Made by a program: the position numbers and the translations under genes. The notes beneath the pieces are model-generated. The model had not been told where the DNA came from, did no database searches, and saw only the letters and a list, made by a program, of their open reading frames with translations. Shown piece after piece: positions 54,427-64,000 of a DNA stretch of 64,000 nucleotides (the stretch's first letter is position 1; every line of letters begins with the position of its first letter). The DNA is from the human T2T-CHM13v2.0 reference genome, Homo sapiens: assembly GCF_009914755.1 (NCBI RefSeq), contig NC_060944.1; one strand, written 5' to 3'.

Positions 54427-56511
54427 TAAAGGGAATCCCACCAGTCAGCCACCATCACACACGAAACAGCACACACACAGCTCCAACACCAGTTTTTGTT
54501 TGTTTGTTACTTAAAATAAAAAAGACTGTTTTTCTTTAGAGCAGTGTTAGGTTCACAGCAAAATTTGACAGGAAGATACAGAGTTATCCTATATATCTCC
54601 TGTCCATATACACACATAGCCTTCCCATTTATCAACTGCCCCTACCAAAGTGGTACATTTGTTGCAGTTGATGGATCTACACTGACATCTCATCATCACC
54701 CAAAGTCCATAGTTTATTCACTCTTTTGTTTTGTTTTGTTTTGTTTTGTTTTTGAGACGAAGTCTCACTCTGTTGCCCAGGCTGGAGTACAGTGGTGCGA
54801 TCTCGGCTCACTGCAACCTTCGCCTCCTGGGTTCAAGCAATTATCCTGCCTTCAGCTTACCGAGTAGCTGGGATTACAGACTCATGCCACCAAGCCCAGC
54901 TAATTTTTGTACTTTTAGTAGAGATGGGGTTTCACCATACTGGTCAGGCTGGTGTCAAACTCCTGACCTCAGGTGATCCACCTGCCTTGGCCTCCCAAAG
55001 TGCTGGGATTACAGGCGTGAGCCACTGCACCCAGCCTCAATTCACTCTTGGTGTTGAACATTCTGTGGATGTGGACAAATGCACAATGACATATATTCAC
55101 CACTATAGAATTATGCAGAGTATTTTCACTGCTTCAAAAATCCTCTATGCTCTGCATGTGCATACTTCCCTCCCCTTAAGTCCAGGCAACAACTGATCTT
55201 TTTACAGTTGCCACAGTTTTGCCATTTCCAGAATGTCATATAGTTGGAATCATACAGTAAGTAGCCTTTTCTGATTGGCTTATTACTTAGCAATATGCAT
55301 TTATGTTTCCTTCATATCTTTTATGGCTTGATAGCTCATTTCTTTTTAGCTCACAGTTTATTCATCTGTTCACCTGCTGAAGGATATCTTGGTTGCCCCC
55401 AAGTTTTGACAATTATGAATAAACCTACTAAACAGATTTTTGTGTGGATGTAAGTATTCAACTCTTTTGGGTAAATACCGAGGAATATGATTGCTCTATT
55501 GAATGGTAAGAGTATATTTAGCTGCGTAAGAAACTGTAAAACTGTTTTCCAAAGTTGCTGTACCATTTTGTATTCTCACTAGCAGTGAATGAGAGTTCCT
55601 GTTTCTCCACATCCTTATTAGCATTTGGCATTGTCAGTGTTTTGGATTCTGGCCATTCTAATATATGTGTAGTGGTAAATTGTTGTTTCAATTTGCATTT
55701 CCCTTATGACATATGTGGAGCATCTTTTCATATGCTTATTTGCCATCTGTATATCTTCTTTGGTGAGGTGTCTGTTAAGGTCTTTTGCTCATTTTTAAAT
55801 TGGATTGTTTGTTTTCTTACTGTTGAGTTTTAAGAATTCTTTGTCTATTTTGGATACCAGTCTTCTACCAGGCATGTTCTAGCACATATTTTCTCCCAGT
55901 CTGTGACTTGGCTTTTTATTCTCTTGTAGTGTCTTTTGCAGAGCAGAAGTTTTTAATTTTAATGAAGTCCAGCTTATCAATTCTTTTTTTATGGATTGTA
56001 CCTTCAGTGTTGTATCTAAAAAGTCATTGCCAAACCCAAGGTCATCTAGATTTTTTTTCCATATTATTGTCTAGCAATTTTATAGTTTTGCATTTTACAT
56101 TTAGGTCTGTGATTTTTCTTTTCTTAAGAGATAGGGTCTTGCTATGTTATCCAGGCTGACCTTGAACTCCTGGGTTCAAGGGATCCTCCCACCTCAGCCT
56201 CCTAAGCAGCTGGGACAATAGGTGGGTGCCATCCTACCTGGCAGGTCTATGATGCATTTTTAGTTAGTTTTTGTAAAGGGAGTAATGTCTGTCCAGATTC
56301 TTCTTATTATTTTTCATGTGGATGTCCAATTGTTCCAGCACCATTTGCTGTAGAGACTATTTTTGCTCCTTTGTCAAAGCTCAGTTGACTGTGTTTATGT
56401 GGGTCTATTTCTGGGCTTACTATTCTGTCCAATTGATCTATTTGTTCATTCTTTCACCAGTATCACACTGTCTTGATTACTCTATAGCCTTTTAGTAAGT
56501 CTTGAAGTTAG

Positions 56512-56853
<342 letters not shown>

Positions 56854-58814
56854 TAAGTCACTCACTGCAATCTCTGCCTCTGGGACTGAAACCATCGTCT
56901 CACCTCAGCCTCCTGAGTAGCTGGGACTACAGGTGCATGCCACTATGCCTGGCCAATTTTTGTACTTTTTTGTAGAGATGGGGTTTTGCCATGTTGCCCA
57001 GGCTCGTCTCAAACTCCTGACCTCAAGCAATCCACCTACCTTGACCTCCCAAAGTGATGGGATTACAGGCAAAAGCCACCACTCCCGACCTAATTATTTA
57101 TTTATTTTTTGTAGAGACAAGTCTCACTATGTTGCCTAGGCTGGTTGGTCTTGAACTCCTGGGCTTAAGCAATCCTCCCACCTTGGCCTCCCAAAGTGCT
57201 GGGATTACAGGTGTGAGCCACCACTGTGCCCAGCCATCAATATCTATAAAATAGAACTTGCTGGGAGCTTGACTGGGATGGCATTGAATCTATAAGCCAA
57301 ACAGGGAAGAAGTGGCATCCTGGTGATATTGAGTCTTTCTAGTAATGAACATGGAATTTCTCTTTATTTATTTAGTTCTTTGATTTATTTCATTAGAGTT
57401 ATGCCATATTCCTTATATAGCTCTTATACACAATTTGTTAGATTTGTACCTAATTCATTTTGGGGGCTGCTAATATAAAAGGTATTGAGTTTTTCATTTC
57501 AAATTTCACTTGTTCATTGCTGGTATACAGGAATGGCATTGACTTTTGTGTATTAACCTTATATCCTGCAACCTTGTTAAAATTGCTTCTTAGTTCCAGG
57601 AGGGTTGTTTTTGTTTTTGTTTGTTTGTTTTGGTTTTGTCTATTCTTTCAGATTTTCTGTATAAACAATCATGCCATCTGTGAACAAAGACAGATTTATT
57701 TTTTCCTCCACAATCTGTATACTTTTTATTTTCTTCTCTTGCCTTGTAGTGTTATCTAGGACTTTCAGTATAATGTTGAAAAAGAGTGGTAAAATGGGCC
57801 ACCTTTGCCTTGCTCCTGCTCCTAATGAGAAAGCTTCTAGTTTCCCACCATTAAGTATAATGTTAGCTTGATATTCTTTATCAAGTTGAAGAAGTTCTCT
57901 CTATTCTTAGTTTACTGAGAGTAATTATTATGAATAGGTATATTGAATTTTGTCAAATGCTTTTTCTGCATCTATTGATATGTGATTTTTCTTCCGTAGC
58001 ATGTTGATGTAGTTGATTATGTGAACTGGTTTTCAAATGTTGGACTAGCTTTAAATACCTAGAATAAATCCCACTTGATTGTGATGTATAATTTTTTTAT
58101 ACATTATTGAATTTGATTGATTTGCTAATATTTTGTTGAGTATTTTGTGTCTACAATCATAACACATATTGGCCTATAATTTCCTTTCCTATTTTTTTTT
58201 TTGTTGTTGTTTGTTTTTTTCAGACAGAGTCTCATTCTGTCACCCAGGCTCGAATGCAGTGGCGCGATCTCGGCTCCCTGCAACCTCCTCCTCCTGGGTT
58301 CAAGTGATTCTTATGCCTCGGCCTCCTAAGTAGCTGAGATTACAAGCGTGTGTCACCACACCCAGCTAATTTTTATATTTTTGGTAGAGATGGGGTTTCT
58401 CCATGTTGGCCAGACTGGTCTCAAACTCCTCACCTCAAGTGATCTGCCCACCTCGGCCTCCCAAAGTGCTGGGATTACAGGTGTGAGCCTCAGCACCCAA
58501 CCAGTTTCTTTTCCTTATAATGTCTTTGTCTGGTTTTGTTATTACAGTAATGTTGGCCTCATAGGGTGAGTTAGAACGTATTCCCTCAGCTTCTAGCTTC
58601 TGAAAGAGATTATAAAGGATTGATATAATTTCTTCCTTAAGGCCTCACAGCAGCTCACTCCTGTAATCTCAGGACTTTGGGAAGCCAAGGTGGGCAGATC
58701 ACCTGAGGTCAGGAGTTCAAGACCAGACTGGCCAACATGGTGAAACCTCATCTCTACTAAAAATACAAAAATTAGCCAGGTGTGGTGGCGCATGCCTGTA
58801 ATCCCAGCTACTCA

Positions 58815-58940
<126 letters not shown>

Positions 58941-59028
58941 TTAAATGTTTGGTAGAGCCTGTTAATGAACTCATCTGGGTCTGGTGTTTTCGATTTTGGA
59001 CAGTTGTTAATTACTGATCCAGTTTAAT

Positions 59029-59290
59029 ATTATATATAATGAATATATATATGAATATATATGAATGTATATATTTATATATATGAATATATATGAATGT
59101 ATATATTTATATATGAATATATATGAATGTATATATTTATATATATGAATATATATGAATGTATATATTTATATATATGAATATATATGAATGTATATAT
59201 TTATATATATGAATATATATGAATGTATATATTTATATATATGAATATATATGAATGTATATACCATCTGAACATATATATATATGTTCA
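59029..59290. repeat. AT-rich minisatellite, ~30-32 bp unit (GAATGTATATATTTATATATATGAATATATAT), about 6 copies
   Basis: Directly visible tandem units with variable (AT)n length. Confidence 0.92.
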
Positions 59291-59614
59291 GATTGCCTAT
59301 TTCTTTTTGTGGGAATTTTGGCAGAAGTGTATTTATTGGATTGGTCCATTTCATCTAGTTATCAAATTTGTGGGCATATAGTTTTTCATAATATTCTTTT
59401 ATATCCTTTTGCTATCTATGGGATCTGTAGTGATAATCCTTTTTTCATTATGATATTAGTAATTTGTATCCTCTTTCTCTTTTTTTTCCCTGTGGTCAGC
59501 CTGGTTAGAGTCTTACCCATTTTATTTATCTTTTCAAAAACCAGCTTTTGGTTTCATTGATTTTCTTTCTGTTGACTTCTTATTTTCTCATTTTTTTAAA
59601 ATTTTTTGAGATAG

Positions 59615-59722
<108 letters not shown>

Positions 59723-59951
59723 TAAGGGATTACAGGCATCCACAACCACACCTGGCTAATTTTTGTAATTTTTTAGTAGAGGCAGGGTTTCACCATGTTG
59801 GCCAAGCTGGTCTTGAACTCCTGACCTCAGGTGATGCACCTGCCTTGGCCTCCCAAAGTGTTGGGATTACAGGTATGAGCCACTGCACCTGGCTGACTTC
59901 CTATTTTCAATTTCTTTGACTTTGGATGTAATTTTTTTTTTTTTTTTTTGA

Positions 59952-60113
<162 letters not shown>

Positions 60114-60355
60114 TAGAGATGGGGGTTTCACTATGTTGGTCAGGCTGGTTTCGAACTCCTGACCTCAGGTGATCCACTCACCTCAGCCTCCCAAAGTGGT
60201 GAGATTACAGGCATGAGCTGCCGTGCCCAGCCTCAGCTATAATTTTTATTGTTTATTTCTCTCTGTTTACTTTGATTTAATTTGCTCTTCTTTTTCTAAT
60301 TTCCTAAGGTGGAAGTTTAGATGATTGCTTTTTCTATTCTGTATTTTTTTTCTAT

Positions 60356-60466
60356 AAGACTAGTCAAGTGCAGTGGTGAGAAGGGGAGAAAGAGTAGAAC
60401 AAGGAGTTTGATCTGTAACTGTCTGTGAACAATCAATGGAGATAACTCACTACCTTCAGACCAGCC
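60356..60466 (-). pseudogene. Y1 RNA (RNY1) retropseudogene
   Basis: Minus strand GGCTGGTCTGAAGGTAGTGAGTTATCTC...GCACTTGACTAGTCTT, full length with about 6 substitutions versus hY1 as I recall it. A-rich tail; TSD tagatgattg(c/a)tttt at 60318-60332 and 60467-60481. Confidence 0.95.
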
Positions 60467-62638
60467 TAGATGATTGATTTTTTATCTTTCTTCTTTTCAA
60501 ATAAATGCATTCAATGCTGTAAATTTCCTTGTAAGTACTACTTTCACCGCATCTCATAAATATTAATGCTATGTTTTCACTTTTATTTAGTTTAAAATAT
60601 TTTTAAATTTCTTTTGAGATTTCTTCTTTGAGCCATGTGTTATGTAGAAGCAGTTAATCTCCACATATTTGAAGACTTTCTGGTTATTTTTCTGTTATTG
60701 ATTTCTAGTTAAATTCCACTGTGGTCTGAGAAACAGACATTGTATAATTTCTACTTTTATTTGTTTTTTTAACTTTTAATTTTTGTGAGTACATGGTAGG
60801 CATATATATTTATGGGGTAATGAGATGTTTTGATACAGGGATGTGATGCATAATAGTCACATCATGGAAGATGGAGTATCCATCCCCTCAAGCATTTATC
60901 CTTTGTGTTACAATCCAATTATTCTTCTTTAGTTATCTTTAAAAGTACAGTTAAATTATTATTGACTGTAATCACCCGTTGTGCTACCAAATACTAGCCC
61001 CTAGTCATTCATTCTTTTTTTGCGTGCCCATGAATCATCTCTACCTTCCCCTCATAACCCCCATTACCCTTCCATCCTTCTACTGTCTACCTCCATGGGT
61101 TCAATTGTTTTTATTTTTAGACCCCACATATAAGTGAGAACATGCAGTGTTTATCTTTCTGTGCCTGGTTTAATTAATTTAATATAATGACCTCCAGTTT
61201 CATCCATGTTGTTATAAATGACTGAATCTTGTTCTTTCTTTATGGCTGAATAGTACTCCATTGGGTATAAGTAGCACATTTTCTTTATCTAGTCATCTGT
61301 TGTTGGACACTTAGGTTGCTTCCAAATCTTGGCTGTTGTGAACAGAGCTGCAACAAACAAGGGAGTGCAGAAATCTCTTCAATATGTTGATTTTCTTTCT
61401 ATTGGAAATATACCCAGCAGTGGGATTCCTGGATCATATGGTAGCTCCATTTTTAGTTTGTTAAGGAATCTCCAAACTCTTCTCCATAATGGTTGTACTA
61501 ATTTACATTCCCACCAACAGTGTACAAGGGCTCCCCTTTCTCCACATCCTTGCCAACACTTGTCATTGTCTGTCTTTTGAATAAAAGCCATTTTAACTGG
61601 GGTGAGATGATACCTCGTTGTAGTTTTAATTTACATTTCTCTGATAATCAATGATGTAGAGCACATTTTCACATACCTGTTCACCACTTGTATGTCTTCT
61701 TTTGAGAAATGTCTATTCAAATATTTTGGCCATTTTTTGATGAGATTATTAGATTTTTTTTCCCTATAGAGTTGTTTGAGCTCCTTATATATTCTCATTG
61801 ATCCCTTGTCAGATGGATAGTTTGCAAATATTTTCTCCCATTCTCTGGGTTGTCTCTCTATTTTGTTGATTGTTTCCTTTGCTGTGTAGAAGCTTTTAAC
61901 CTGATATGATCCCATTTGTCCATTTTTTCTTGGTTGCCTGCGCTTATGGGGCATTACTCCAGAAATTTTTGCCCAGACTGATGTCCTGGAGACTTTTCTC
62001 AATGTTTTCTTATAGTTCATAGTTTACTTTTTAAAATTTGTTAAAGTGTGTTTTATGGCCCCAAATGTGGTCCCTATCTTAGTGAATTTCTATGTGGTGG
62101 ACAGAATGTGTATTCTGCTGTCGTTGGGTGAAGTAGTCTATAGATGTCAATTATGTCCAATTAATTGGTGGTGTTGTGTATCACCAACTATGTCTTTACT
62201 GACTTTCCGCCTGCTAGGTCTGTCCATTTCTGATAGAGGGGTGTTGAAATCTCCAACTGTATTAGTGGATTTATCTAATTCTTCTTGCAGTTCTATCTGA
62301 TTTTGCCTCGTGTAGTTTGATGCTCTGTTGTTATGTGTGTACACATTAAGGATTGTTATGTCTTCTTGGATAACTGTTCCATTTATCATTATGTAATGCC
62401 CCTCTTTATCCTTTATAACTTTCCTCGCTTTGAAGTCTGCTCTGTCTGATATTAACATAGCTACTCCTCCTTTATTTTGATTCATGTAAACATGGTATAT
62501 CTTTCTCCATTTATTTACTTTTTAATCGGTATGTGTCTTTATATGTGAAATGGGTTTCTTGTAGACAACATGTAGTTGGGTCCTGTTTTTTGATCCACAT
62601 GATCATTTCTATCTTTTTTTTTTTTTTTTTTTTTTTGA

Positions 62639-62851
<213 letters not shown>

Positions 62852-63721
62852 TGATCCGCCCACCTCAGCATCCCAAAGTGTTGGGATTAAAGGTGTGAGC
62901 CACTGCACCCGGCCAACATCCAAAGCTCTATCTTTTAATTGATGTATCTGAACCATTGACATTCAATGTAATTAATGATATAATTGGATTACTGTCTGCA
63001 AAATTTGCTTCTGCTTTCTATATGTTGCCCTTGCTCTTTTTCCCTGTTTTTGTCTTCCACTCTTTTTTTTTTTTTCCCCTTTTCTGGTCTTAATTGGGCA
63101 TTTATATGATTTCATTTTTTTCTCCTTTCTTAGCATATTAGTTATACTTCTTTTTTCTTTTTACTTTTTTTAGTGATTGCCTTAGAGTTTGCAATATACA
63201 TTTACAGCTAATTAAAACCTACTTTTAAATAATACTATACCACTTCACCAGTGGTGTGAGTACCTTGTAATAAAATAATCCTAATTCTGGCTCATGCCTG
63301 TAATCCCAGCACTTTGAGAGGCTGAGGTGGGTGGATCACCTGAGGTCAGGAGTTCGAGACAAGCCTGGCCAACATGGCAAACCCCATCTCTATTAAAAAT
63401 ACAAAAATCAGCCAGGTGTGGTGGCATGCACCTGTCATTCCAGCTACTGGGGAGGCTGAGGGAAGAGAATCACTTAAACCTGAGAGGTGGAGGTTGCAGC
63501 TAGCCGAGCCCATGCCACAGCACTCCAGCCTGGGCAGCAAAGTGAGACTTCGTCTCAAAAAAAAAAAAAAGGATCCTAATTCTTCCTTCCTGTCCTTTCT
63601 ATCATTGCTGTCATTCCTTATACTTCTATATAAATACATATAAACATACACACACACGAGGTATACACAGAAATCTACATGGTCAAATACAATTGTTGCT
63701 ATTATTTTGAATGAACTGTTA

Positions 63722-63997
<276 letters not shown>

Positions 63998-64000
63998 TCA

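Noticed and set aside
59029-59290. Regularly spaced repeats superficially like a CRISPR array
   Set aside because: Eukaryotic AT minisatellite with no unique spacers and no cas genes.
62147-62485. Endonuclease-like ORF
   Set aside because: Fragment of L1 ORF2p in a decayed L1M element; the flanking frame is broken.

Overview
Human (primate) genomic DNA. I recognise it as chr20p11.23 from the OVOL2 protein sequence. The left end holds coding exons 1-2 of OVOL2 on the minus strand (SNAG domain plus Ser/Gly-rich linker), with its CpG island and proximal promoter, the region mutated in PPCD1/CHED1 corneal dystrophy. The remaining ~57 kb upstream is very repeat-dense: about 65-70 Alus including one AluYb8, old L1M fragments, MaLR/ERV LTRs including a MER41A, and hAT/Tigger elements. 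It also carries four retrocopies: RPL15, U7 snRNA, Y1 RNA and an unidentified polyadenylated ~0.85 kb 3'UTR-like insert. Main finding: the small AT-rich unique islands between the repeats read as splice-site-bounded, largely phase-compatible exons of a decayed multi-exon protein-coding gene on the minus strand (about 52.2 kb to 8.9 kb). I reconstructed about 540 codons, ending in a stop codon and AATAAA about 4 kb upstream of OVOL2. This is a candidate unitary pseudogene that I cannot assign to a known family. Most ORFs in the supplied track are Alu/L1 or GC-rich artefacts. Repeat boundaries and subfamilies are approximate by-eye calls.
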